Positions 13,880 through 26,415 of a DNA stretch of 64,000 nucleotides are shown here, in pieces. The DNA comes from Bigelowiella natans CCMP2755. Taxonomy: Eukaryota > Protista > Cercozoa. Position 1 is the stretch's first letter, and each line of letters opens with the position of its first letter. The notes under the pieces are model-generated. The model made no database searches, was not told the origin of the DNA, and was given only the letters and a program-made list of their open reading frames with translations. The position numbers and the translations under genes are program-made. The DNA is taken from assembly GCA_000320545.1 (NCBI GenBank), contig ADNK01000150.1:62001-126000 (forward strand), read 5' to 3'.

Positions 13880-14300
13880 TTCCTCTCGTCATTCATCGAC
13901 AAAGTGTAGAAGATGAATCGAATGGACCTGTTTCATGATGAGCTATGCGTCGCTCTCCGGACTGCAGTTTGGCGCACAGGAGCCCACATCTTGTGCATCC
14001 ATGGCTACACACGACGACATCTTTGGATCTAGACATGTGGACGCGCAACATGCGAGCAAATTCATTTCCATGCGCAATCATGTGCGATGCACCCGCCACA
14101 ATGAAATGTTGAGTGCATTGTCTCCAGTGACCGCAAACAAGCAACACACATTCACATGCAGGTCGCGACAGACTAGCAGAACTCAACATTGCCAATGAGC
14201 GATGTCCAAGTGTGCCACAAAGCAACATGGCGTGAATCAATGCTTTGCACCACACGATGAACGATCAATTTGTGGACACTTTTGACGGACAATGACAACG
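13880..14300. other. CATG/CTAG-rich island downstream of CysRS
   Basis: gatctagacatg at about 14026; many catg and tgca. Confidence 0.45.
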
Positions 14301-14936
14301 CAATTTCACGCAAGAGGCTCAGGCCCGATGCGCTTGGTTCACTTTCATTTTGTGTGTTTCTGTTTCAGTGCTTGCTTGGCACGATTCTGCACAAAGCTGT
14401 TGCTGGCCTGAGACACGCGCACCGTTCGTTGATTCGACCATGCTGGCATTGCTAGATGGCGACCGCACAACCTGTCAATCCTCACTCACAGTTTTCAGCT
14501 CTTTCTGCACGTTTCCTGTTGGAATTGCGCACATTTCGAGAATTCTTGTCGTCGTCCCACGTCCCAGTTCCACCACAAAAGATTGCAGCATGTCATCCGT
14601 TGTCCCTTTTGGTTTGGAACCTATCGAAGCGGCTTGGCACGAGATCCATGACAGTTCCTGAGGATTTTCGATTTTTTTGTTGAAAGCTGCGCGTTCTCCG
14701 TTTTTAGTTTTTAGTTTTCATTAGTGCATCGTGCATCTGGTGCTTTTGTGAGTCCGTTGGTTGTTGTCCCGAATCTATTTGCATGAAATCGCCTAAAAAT
14801 AACATTCATTCACTGGGATGTCTATATTTAGATGGAATACTGATGAGAGACTGCCGGCAGCAACTGCAAGCACAACAAGTAAGAACCCGACCTTACAAAT
14901 AGCCCAACCCTCCCCACCCCAGCTAGCCCAGGTCTA

Positions 14937-16180
14937 ATGGCAGATGAAGCCAAGAGTACGACCGGTACATTACACTCCGTCTTGTAGACAACAATGTCCT
15001 TGTTGTGAATATGATGGCGAACGACCAAATTCCGTTGTGTCATCGCACAGTTTCTCTGATGCCTCTATCAGGTTCTGGAGGATCGAAAAGTATCTCCTCT
15101 TCTGATAGCACCAAAATAGATTGGGAGGAATTCTTTTCAGAGGGCAATGAGCCAGCAGCTACGGACGATCTGATAAAGAAAGCGGAGGAGGCTGTGGGGG
15201 GGTACAAGCTACCTGATGCATACGTTAAGCTCCTTAAGATCAAGAATGGTGGTGTACCGAAGCGAACTTGGTACTATTGCCCGCTAATATACGTACATCT
15301 AGGCATTAAGAAATAAAACCAATCATAATTGAAACGATGAATACCACATTATTCCGGTAAGAAAACTCGTGAACTATTCTCTTCTCCCTTCCCCCTTTCC
15401 ATAAGCGTGATACCAAAAGGGAAGACGGTAGACGACGTGTTAGAAATGGACAATCTGTACGGTGTTGGAGGAAATGAGGCTGGAATAGGCGATGAAAGTA
15501 TTGATACATGCGGTGAAAATTGGTATGATGAATGGGAGTATCCCCGCGACATCGGTGTCATCATGGCTGACACTCCTTCTGCCGGTACGTTTCTCAAGAT
15601 TCTGAGTAGCGCAACTCGTGTATTGTATCGTCATTTATGCTAATCGCTAACAGTAGCAAGGTGAAGGGGAGTAGGAAATTTGTTATGTCTACTGTCGTCA
15701 TCATTTTATTAGGTCATGATCTCTTCTTTCTTGACTATCGAAAATGTGGCAAGAATGGCAATCCTGCTGTTGTCAATGTTGACCAAGAAATGGACTTCCA
15801 AGTAATCAACATGACGACATAATTAATGTCGTTTCTCCTTCTACGGAGAGACTGTTGAATCACAGCTGCTGCTACTATTAACATGATGATCGACAAATTG
15901 ACCAATGATGAACAAATGCGGTTCATAGGTGACACACATCGCGGATTCATTCGAAGAGTTTGTGGCGAATTTGAAGACAAACGAAGAGATCGAAGAGATG
16001 CAGGCAGCTGCTCAGCAGGGAGCTGACACCGAAGACATTGTTGCAGAAAAAAACGTTGAAGCGAATGACCATGCACACGTTGAGATCGACCCCAAAGCAG
16101 GTAGTAAGCGGAAGTTAAGCGGCGATGATGATCAACTGTCGGAAGAGAAGAAAACGCAAAACAAGATTCAAAAAAAGTAG
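14937..16180 (+). CDS. SMI1/KNR4 (SUKH superfamily) protein, bacterial immunity-protein type, 5 exons
   Basis: Exons 14937-14964, 15051-15270, 15406-15584, 15713-15801, 15929-16180 join in phase. Motifs: [79 protein letters not shown]. Confidence 0.85.
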
Positions 16181-16449
16181 AGAAAGACATGCAAGCTCCA
16201 AAATTGCGTGCGCGAACAGTCCAGCAAGCAATGAGAAACTGAAACGTTCAAGTGATGAAGTGTTCCTCAATTTTGGTCTTTGTCGGACACCAACAGCCAA
16301 ACTTGACGTGCTGTGGCGTGCTGGCATGTGCGAGTGTGTTCATTCTCAGCTGCTTCATTCCCAATGTGCAATTCGTTGTTGTTTGGGTTTCGCATCATGA
16401 CTGGCTCACCTGGCTTGAGGTGAGATGCACCTGGTCGGCTGAGTGTGCT

Positions 16450-16625
16450 GCAGGTCCACACACGTGGCACGCCTGGACGTGTGCCTTTTTTGTACCCACA
16501 AAAAATGGCACGTGTGTTTCACGCGTGTGCACGTGCAGGGACCCACAGGTCCATGTGATGACGTGGCGCACGTGTGGTTGCATCATTCGCTTGTATCACG
16601 TTGTTGTTCACATCGTTCACGTGAA
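16450..16625. promoter_or_regulatory. Imperfect inverted repeat with a cluster of CACGTG (G/E-box) motifs
   Basis: Hairpin centred on 16494-16497 (gtgcc-ttttttgt / ac-aaaaaa-t-ggcac). CACGTG at about 16461, 16509, 16530, 16569 and 16618. Confidence 0.55.
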
Positions 16626-16663
16626 CACCAACAATCGTGCTTGCGTGCTGGCTTGTGCTGAAC

Positions 16664-17684
16664 ATGATGCCGAAAACAGAATGTGAGTGGTTTTTGCCTT
16701 GGCAAAAACCACTCACACAGAAGGACAAGCACACCTTCAAGGAGGTCGTTCAGTCCAGTTGCCCATGTGTCAGAAAGGTCCTTCCAAGTCCTCCAAGTGC
16801 CTTCACCGATTCTGCGGCACCTGCAGGTGCCATGTGATTGCTTTGTGAGAGCAGCAGCGATTCTTCAGATGAGCACTGCATTTGCTTCTTTCTTTGTTGC
16901 GAACAATGATTCACAAATTCATTCATTGGATGTTGTCGCATGTCCAGAATAGCCTAGATGTAGGTCTAGTTAGTGCTACCTTCCTCAAATCTCTCGCGGG
17001 CCATTGAAGTAGACTGCAATCATGGCTGGTCTCCTTCGCATGTTCCAGAAAAGCTTCGACACCATGGTAAGATGAGAAGCTTTCAGCGAGACCCTGCACA
17101 CGTGAATTCTCGTACCCTCCGGCCCTTTTTGGTAATTTTGTGGAATTAGTTGGGTGTAGATGATGACCCCACCGGTGGAAAAGCAAAGGGAAGCCAAAAG
17201 ATTAGGTATTCTTTTAGAACATGTGTTCACTGTATCCGATGGATTGCACACCGAGTCAACAGAATATATCTGTATACTTACAGAGATGAAGATGAAAAAT
17301 TCGCAGATGAATTTCGGGACCAAATCTTACCCATTAAGAGGAAAATCGTGGTAATGCTATGGTGGTGGATTCTTTATGCGCAATCATGCATCTTAAGCAT
17401 AATAGTTCACATTTCTACCAAATTAACAGTTTTGAATTTTTTTTTGGCGAGTTAGGCACGGCTTGACGAAGCGCAAGCACAACTTATGGAGGAAATTAAA
17501 ATTATCAAGGAAATTCAGGTTGATAGACAACAGAATGTATTGGAAATAATCTGGTATCCTTCGTCTCAATGACATAATTTTGTTTGTGCAAAATTCATAA
17601 TCCGTCTTCATGAATTTCCCAGAGCATCTACGAAACATTGAAGGTAAGCATTATATGAATAATAAACTCGGCAACCAACCATTA

Positions 17685-17717
<33 letters not shown>

Positions 17718-18719
17718 TGCAAACACAAACAGGAGTCTAGAACAGCTTCAATGGACGAATTTATAAAGAATGCGTTCATGTATGTGAAGGAAAAAAAGGT
17801 AAAAAAGGATATCAATCGATTAGAAACCAGCACACATTGCGATCATTGTAGGAGGCATACAGGATAAACGAAGATGAAGACATACCGCAAGCAGTACAGG
17901 TACTGCATTTGAAAAATTCTAAATGTTCTACTCACATTTGGATAAATACAGGAAATTGAAAAACTAGCATCTGATCTAGAAAACAGCAAATATTTGAACG
18001 GAGAAGTTCAACTTCAGACGCATAAGGGAACATACATCAAATGGGTTAGTTTAACCCTTTGTGGAGTTTGCCTTTTGCTGACTGCAAAATATTTTGGGTG
18101 CTTAGGACTACAAAACGGTTGATGCTTCTAGCCGAAGTGCTTATGATTCTAAAACTGTATTCAAAGTGGACGTGAAAAAGGTTCATCCAGTCAAAATAAC
18201 TTTAAAAGCGGAACCCGGATACCTAAGGGTATAATCATTAGAATCGAAAAGTACACATACAAAGTTCAGCCTTACTTGTAATCACAAGGCAAGACGTGGT
18301 GGGTCACCAGTACCAGAAGAAAGGCTTGCTTTTGGATTTGTAGAAGTTTCAAAAAAGGCGGATACGGAATATGCGATATACTTTCTGTATGGTACCTACC
18401 AGATTTTGCAGTTTTTGAAATCTGATCTCTGTTTTACAAATTATTCCAGGGATAAAGAAACAATTTGTCTTCGCACTGAACATGAACTTTGGATGAGTGC
18501 TGACGTCGACGGAAACGTTCATCAAGCTGGACATCTGGGTAATTTCTAATAAACAAAATCTTAAATACCGACTCTGTTTATTTTTTTTTCCATAACGTAG
18601 AATCTGGGCAAAAATTTTCCTGTCCTCTTTTCATGAAGAGACGCCATCAATTGATTGAGAAACTTGAATCCAGACTTAAGAGGTGTGATGGACATTGTGC
18701 CTTTTGCTACTCTCCGTAA
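16664..18719 (+). CDS. Multi-exon protein with helical N-terminal part and fascin/beta-trefoil-like repeats; start uncertain
   Basis: Phase-consistent small exons: RDEDEKFADEF.., ARLDEAQAQLMEEIK.., VQLQTHKGTYIKW, ICLRTEHELWMSADVDGNVHQAGHL. Stop at 18717-18719. Best supported from 17283 onward. Confidence 0.45.
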
Positions 18720-18799
18720 TGCTCGGTCCAAAAATAAAATGTGAAAATTGCTAGGTTTGAAAAAGAGGGTCTTGCATGGGTTCCAGAGGCCTTACCAAG

Positions 18800-19500
18800 T
18801 ATCAGCACAAATAAATGAGAGATTTTGGACGCGGTATTATGTCTATTTGCACGCAGCTGTATTCAAATAGCTGCACATATGATATACATATCTAAGTACA
18901 CGCTATGCGCATTGGAGCTGCGCGTGTAAATAGCAGCTGAACATCGGGAGCTCAGGGGTGATATGTAGTAAGCCTCGGTACTCATACTGTTGCATCCACA
19001 ATACACACAATTTAACTGTTTTCAGATGTTCTATAAAATTTAAGAAGGCAACACACTTTTGTTGGAATTTACGTCAATGCAACTGCGCAATGTCGTCGCG
19101 ATGTCTTGCAAGAGGGAACGTGAGGAACAAATGTAAAAAGTGAATAACCGACTAAGCATTATGTGCTAAGATGAAGCACAGCTAGAGCATGTGCTCGTCA
19201 CCGCCCGTGGTCGCATTATTGTGCGCGCATGCACATGCTAGCGTTTGTGTGTTCTAGTGTTGTTTGATGAACATCATCTAGATCATCGATGTGCCATGTT
19301 GAACGACAGTCTACAGTAGTACATGATGCTCTAACGTAACAATGTTTGTGCATGCGCGTAACAGTACACACACAGTTGCTAGCTAGCTAGTCTAGTAGTG
19401 ACCATGCTGCATGCATGTACAACAAGAAACGTTTAACACATGCTAGCACTAGAGCATGCTATGCAAGTGTTGACATCTAGACATTGACTTCATTTTAATT
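18800..19500. other. CTAG/CATG-rich spacer island (convergent)
   Basis: About 7 CTAG and about 7 CATG by hand count in 19321-19490. Confidence 0.65.
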
Positions 19501-19814
19501 CTGATCCTAATGATAGGCAGTTCTCAAGAAATATGTACCTTCAAAAAAATCACAAATGCTTCTTTTAACACCGCAGGTTTCTTTTGCAGCCACCAAACAA
19601 AAAGTTATAAGTCATGCCTGGGGCCCTTCAGCACCACGCGATGTTTATAATGGTAAATCGCATAAGGGACGGCTAATAGAGTATAGAAGTACGCAAATAC
19701 GAAGACGGACTGGACTGTATCTGCTTACGTATTATCTTTAGTGCTTTTTGACAATTTCATGTGTTATTTCGTTAATTTCTGATGTTTTTTTTCTATATCT
19801 TGATTCAGCTTCTT

Positions 19815-20509
19815 CTAGCAAGAGATTCCTTTCGCTTCTTGATTCTCTTCTTCGCCATTATTCCTGATTTTGTGTTCCTCTAGCTGATCGCTTAGCTTAG
19901 AAAGATGGTTATCGAGACGCCCAAGCCTCTTATCGAGAGCGTTCAGCTGCGGTATCGACAGCTCCTCCAGATTGTTCAACTGATGATATTATGATGATAA
20001 CAGTGATGATAATGAGGGTGGTGATATGATAACGATATATTACTACTACTGCTGCTACTTCTACACTACTGCTATTGCCTGTTGCAGTCCATGAATATCG
20101 GTGTCATGCTGATGCCTGTCTGCCTTTTCTTGCAGAGTCATTTCCTTCGGGGGGGGGCACAAGAAATATTCGACAGTAGCGACAACATCAATTACTGACA
20201 CAAATAAATTGTATGCATAAATTAATTAAATTGAGAAAAAACAATGAAAGGCATAGTAGCATGCACGAATACACATATCGTATGTTCTCGCTCATATCTA
20301 AATGAGTACTTATATTGTACATGTGGATGCGTATCTTCCGATGTTTGTTGCACTATCGTACAACCGGTTCATCGTTCCGTAAGGAGCCTCGGCGGGGCGA
20401 GCTCTTGTGTTGCATGACCGACGTGCAGAAACTCTCGGGTTGTTTCAGCCCGAGCACAGAATGCTTTTGCCCATAAGCGGTGATTATGTGAACCTGGTTA
20501 CATGAACAT

Positions 20510-20557
<48 letters not shown>

Positions 20558-20627
20558 GAAAAGAGAAGTGAGAGATAAACAATACACACACACACACACA
20601 CCACACACACACATTGTATATATATTG

Positions 20628-20665
<38 letters not shown>

Positions 20666-22141
20666 CAGCAAAGAGCCACAAGCTGCGTGTCTAAAAAATC
20701 CGGTCATTTTCTGCTAATACCTACCCTCCTTACCTCACTGATTCCGAAGCACCTCTGAACAGGGTCATCTGAGTTGAAGATCATCGAGATGTTCTGCAGC
20801 TTAATTTCCTCCGCCTGTTTCATGAATTGAAGGGCAAACGAGAAACATTCAATACTTAAAAATGGTGCTCAATTTTTTGGTATGTATATCATCATGAGCT
20901 GTGGAAATGGCAAGAGGAGGTTTCCATAGCTATTACCTTTGGTCTGAAGGATGGCTTCACAAGAACAATCGAAGAAGCTGGCCGGTAAAAATCCATAGGC
21001 GGACCAATAGCAGCAAACCAAAATTGGGCAAATTTAAGCAAATTACTGGGTTGGTTATAATCACAATTGCTCTCTGCATGATTGACGCTTCTCACCCTGA
21101 TTTCCTTCTCCAAGATCTCAACATTCAATACACTTTGTGTTTTCGCCATCATCGTCGTCGCCATTATATTTTTAAGTGATTTACCTGTTAGCGTTATCCT
21201 CTGCGCCCTAATTCGCTTCAGCTGGATGGTGATAACTCCTGGAAAGGTAACGGCCTGCACATTTCAATGGAGATAAACTTAATCTTCTGGATGCGTACAT
21301 ACAGCATGGGCAGATAATATGAGTTTTCTTAAAGGAGTATTCTTGGTAAATAAACGATATAATATGGAAGTATTCGTTTGAAAAAAATGTAAATCAGTCG
21401 TCTAGAATGGGAAAACGTTGCTCCTCACCGCTATGGCGAGAATGATAGCAGCTCCAGTCCCGAGGTATTTTGGAGCAGTATACGCGATTATTAACATCAG
21501 ACTGAAGGATTGGAGTGAGAGAAAAGTAAGGATGAGGGAGAAGATGAACTAATTAGCGAAATACAAATTATATACATCAAAAGAGGTTGAATAAGTCATT
21601 TGAATAAGTCAATTTCAAAGACCATATGGCAAAGAGAATTTCCGCGACGATGAGCTGTGTCCCAAAGTATCTGATGTAAAATTTCATATACTTTAGAATG
21701 ACGGACATGGAGATTCTACTCCCCTCTAGACTCCTCCAAAATACTTAGGATTCTCATAAAGAACATGCCTGAGAGATCCATTCGTAGAGAACTGCCCCTC
21801 GATGAAGCCATCCTCCTAAACGATTTAACCACTACCCTTCAGTCCCTCTTGCAACACTGTACTAAGCTTCAGCTGGTATATATCTCAAAACTGTAAGTAA
21901 ACATGAAATAAATACCTCAAGATCAAGGCGAAGGTGCACAGCCTCTCCACTGTTATCACCTAACATGAAAGTTGAAAGTTATAGTCAACTACCCTTCCCA
22001 TTGGTAGGAAGAAGTAACAGCATCACAAAAACGAAGGAAACTTCTCGCTGACGTAGCGCTAGAGGTAGCACTGCCCGCTGTCGCCCTTGCCAGGCGTTAA
22101 GGTGAGGTACCGGTTGGGAGGCCAAGCTCGTTGGCAGCCAT
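19815..22141 (-). CDS. Hypothetical membrane protein: two TM helices, PH-like segment, C-terminal coiled coil
   Basis: Exons read GTQLIVAEILFAIW, LMLIIAYTAPKYLGTGAAIILAIA, SSIVLVKPSFRPK|AEEIKLQNISMIF..|VHIITAYGQKHSVLGLKQP, and LNNLEELSIPQLNALDKRLGRL..ISC-stop. Confidence 0.5.
20505..20662. repeat. Compound microsatellite (CA)n-(GA)n-(CA)n-(TA)n-(TG)n within one intron
   Basis: Direct reading. Confidence 0.9.
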
Positions 22142-22611
22142 TATTTTGAAGTGATCTCTTGATCAGCTTGCTGCACGTTCCAATATAAGACTTAAATAAA
22201 CGCACGATCTCAGTCGTCGGATGCCAGAATCAGGCTAAATCTGCTAGAAGTCATGCCATACCTGATGAATTCATAAGTATCTGCATTTGGATGCTGAGTT
22301 TGTATTCTGCAAGGAACAAATGTCTTCTGTCTTCCTTTCACACAATGATCAACAGTCTCCTGACAATTTGATGCGCGAATCGTGTCGCACCGTTGCCGCA
22401 ATAATTGGTTGTTGGTCGGTTCGGGGCGGAAAGCAGGAGAAATTCAACGGAAATGCTCCTAAAAAAGTTGTCGAAGTAAATATATGGGCCTGAAATGATA
22501 ATCGAACGACAATAATATGATGTTGTCGTTACGGATTATTAAAGACTTTTTTCGGAGAGGAAAAAAAGGAGGGACTTATAGGCCATTTCTGGAAAGTGCG
22601 TGCTGTAGAGA

Positions 22612-23844
22612 ATGGCGGCCTGCTCGTCCCAAGCCACCATCCCCTTTCTGCTGGGGGCAGCCGCAACGATCCTGTTTCTGAGCTCCGATCCTTCATACAA
22701 ACCGCGCCTATCTAAGCCGGTACAAGTACCAAGAGGTTCCACTCTTCCAAATATGAGATTGGCTTCGCCAAGCCTTTCACAAAGTAAGCGGCCGAGATTT
22801 TCGAACTTCCGACCCCCCCCCCCCGCTCTCGAAAAGTTAGAGCTTATGTTTCAAAACAGTAATCACTTACAAATTGCGAGTGGGTTTACATCCTACCAAA
22901 AATGCAGTGAGATTGTGACATAAACCCTGTAATCTAGGACGACAATTTATAGACTTGATGAATCATTAATAAAAATGGTCTATGTAAATAAAAATTCTTT
23001 TCACAGTGAAAATACCACTTTACTCAACAAATGGAAAGAATGCTCTCCAAAAGATTGAACGCCTTACCTTAATCCCCGGAGTTCGTGTCAAATGCAAAGG
23101 TTAGTTGGCTTAAGTTGTTTGCGTGTATGTATGTATGTGTGCGTGCGTGTGTGTGTGTGTGCGCGCGCGCGCGCACACGTGTAGTGTGCGTTTTTGAGGA
23201 GAGATAAGATGCTTTTATATTTTACATCTTATTATCATGCCCTTGCCTCTTCTCCAGCGAGCGATAATGCTGAGGATGCAACCAAGAAGTACGGGCTTGA
23301 AGTAGGGCTATTCAAAGCCATGAGGTCTGGCAACAAAGCAGACGCCAAAGGCTTGTTGAAGAAATACGGCTCGGGTAATGATTTATCGTCAGCAGGCGTC
23401 GCTGCTTTCGTGATAATGGTTAGCTATTCTTGGGAGCTTCTCAACTTTATCATTGACTTGATGTTCTGGTGTTGGTGTTCACCTTTTTCAGCATACCTCG
23501 CTACTTCCATCTCCCTGGCTGCTGTGTCTTTCGGAATATGCTATTTGCTTGTGGATAATGGTGTGGATGTTCCAGCTTTGCTTTCGAAAGTGGGCATCGA
23601 TTCGGTAATTGTCTAGTAGAGACTGGCCATGTTTGATCGTTCTTCCCCAATCTTGTTCTCTACCTAAAGATTTGTTTTTGCTAATCAGTCTGGAGCAACC
23701 ACCAAAGCTGGGACTGCGGCAATAGCATACGCAGCTCATAAGGCTGCGAGCCCAATCCGATTTCCTCCCACGGTTGCTCTTACTCCCATTGTCGCAGAGA
23801 AGTTGTTCGGTCAGAAAGTCGACAGCAAAGATCAGGAAAAATAA
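22612..23844 (+). CDS. DUF1279/FAM210-family protein with signal-peptide-like N-terminus (likely plastid-targeted)
   Basis: LLKKYGS|AYLATSISLAAVSF and TAAIAYAAHKAASPIRFPPTVALTPIVA match the plant/algal DUF1279 motif. The N-terminus MAACSSQATIPFLLGAAATILFL is hydrophobic. Confidence 0.8.
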
Positions 23845-23949
23845 GAGAAACAACATCACATGAACAAGTGGGGAAGTCTCGGTTCTTGGTAGAGTACGTC
23901 GCATGAGTTTAGTCTTAGAACTCCGTAAAGTGTGCAATATTCATCTCAT

Positions 23950-25100
23950 GTAGAGCATATGGTCGATATATCTATCAAGATATTACACGTTTAAAAGCAA
24001 ACATGTACAACCCCCACTTTACGCTGCTCATCAGAACAGAAATAGAGGCGATGCTAGATGGAACAGTGCCTCAAATTATCTCGGCATTGTTCCCATCGAA
24101 TATTACGACATAAAGCGATCACAAGTAGTAATAAACACGGTTGGAAGATTAGATCGAGCAACAAGGATAACAAGCACGTGTATATAATTAGCCGCGCACA
24201 CCATGCTGCTAGCACCAATTATCATTATCATTCCATCCTCCGCCATAATAGCGCTTCATCTTAAGAGCAACGAGTCGCTACGACACGCGCGCGTATGCGC
24301 GTATACGTGAAGTTGATGAACATTCTTTTCTTGCACATGGCAACTATAGCATGTGTCTAGAGATAGATGTACTAGTGTGCAGTCATGTTGTGCGAACGTA
24401 ATGAGGCCTATAGCTAGTAGCTAGTGCTAGCAGCTAGCTAGCAATTGCACAATTGCTCGAAGCACGCTAACAATGGCTATTTTGATTCTCTGCATAGCCA
24501 TCGCTCCTTTGTTAACTCATCGCATTGGTTCATGACGTGTCACACTAGCAGCTAGCCACACTTTGATCAGGTCCTTCTTGCTTCCAGAGCTAGAGCTTTG
24601 GCAAGTGCAAGACAAGCGGCAATGCTTGTTTGGCTTCATTCACAATGATCCACATCTTCGATGACATTGCAGTAGGCAGTGTGCAACGTCATCGAAGATG
24701 TGCATTGCCTGCTTTAATTGTTGCCCATTACATGCCATCACATCAAAGCCGCTTGAGGAACCAGCTCGCTGCCACAGTGATGCGCGACGACGAAACGAAA
24801 AATTTGACATCTGATGAGAAGGAAACACGAATTGCTGCGCGAAATACGCGACATTGCTAGATTGCAGACCGAATGAACAACATGCATTTGTTTGCATGAA
24901 ACACATCATAGCGGAGACCAACAGATTCAACATTAGCTAGCGCTGTAGCCGCTGCATTGCACATACATAAGGATAACCTGAACAAATTTGATTCATTAAA
25001 TACATCCGTCTTACAATGCGTATAACGAGCTTATCATCATGCACGTCATCAATCTAGCTTGCTTCTTGTATCGCTTTCAATTTTCATATCTCATTCGTAC
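23950..25100. other. CTAG/CATG-rich spacer island (convergent DUF1279 / SLAC1)
   Basis: About 10 CTAG by hand count in 24355-24600. Confidence 0.65.
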
Positions 25101-25239
25101 ATATCTGTTACAATGTTAGCAATCATGCGTTGTGTTTGGCTGTTTTCCCAAGCGTCCTGTGTGCTGGTTGTCACACTAATTAGTTTCCGACATGGTCCTG
25201 CAGTAACACAGTTGTCGGCTCACCACCAGTTGTGGTTCC

Positions 25240-26364
25240 TCAATCCGTCAATGCTCGCGAAGCCGAGGCAACAGTTACGGGAGCCAACACGATACAAGAC
25301 TTACTATCACCGCCTAGGCTTTCTATGGTACCGTTGTGCTGTGTAGTATTATGAAGCTTATCCTGCTGGTCGCCAACTTGATATTCTTCGGGATAAGTAG
25401 CATCTACAATACTTTTAGAATCCATGCTAATTTTTGTCCGTCTGTTATCGTTATGAGTGCCTTCGCGACTGTTCCCACCACCACTGTTATCTCCCCCGCC
25501 ATCGGAACTAAAGTTTTTACCGCCGCAATCATAACTCTTTCGTTTCGGTGGCCGCTCAAAAATGACGACCCCAATTAGGTACGGCAACAAAAAACATACG
25601 TTGAGAACTATAATGTAAGCGGCTCCAAGCAGAGCGAAAACGCACAGTATGACACCACTTGAAAAAATAGCCACCCCACTACCACGGTCTACTTCAAGGC
25701 CACACTTAGCTCCGTAGAGCAACAGCGAATTCATCGTAGTCGAGACTGGGAACGTCGTCGCTGCAAATTGGGGCGAGAAGAAGTCCCTCCTCAGCCTCGG
25801 TATGCGGAGGTACAGAGGCCATACGAATCCGAAAAGAATAAGAACGATCGAAGCGAATATGACATGCGTCACGACTCGGACGAAGTCAGGCGGACCGAGG
25901 TATCCTTCTAATAGGTACCATGAATAGTTGCGATTGGCGAGTGAGGAGATATATTCCTTTTACGTGCAGACGGATATCACTACTATTACTACCACTATTA
26001 CTGCTACTGCTGCTGCGCTGCTCCTATGAATACTACTTTTATAGCATCACTGCTACTGCTCTTCCTCTCCTCCTGCACCTCCTCCTACTGCTGCAACGAC
26101 TAACGACACTACATGATTGATGATGTTTGCACTACTACCGTTGGTAAGCTGCTCGCGAGAGATCAGCCAGGATGCCATCGCCAAGCTTGCTGGAGAGATA
26201 AGAATGACAATCGAAGCCGACGGGTCGACCTACCATCAAGGGTATTAATGATGAAAGAATCTTCCAAGGTTTAATCACAACCGAAACAAGTTCTTCGCAC
26301 TATAACACTGATTTGCCTCACACACACTCTCTCCCCGTTTCTCCTTATTTTGGCACAGGATATT

Positions 26365-26415
<51 letters not shown>

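Noticed and set aside
13730-14937. Toxin gene upstream of the SUKH immunity gene
   Set aside because: Only short ORFs without nuclease or deaminase motifs are present
20060-20085. Possible GC-AG intron donor (CAG|gcaata)
   Set aside because: A canonical in-phase GT donor lies 9 nt further on (GCA|gtagtg)
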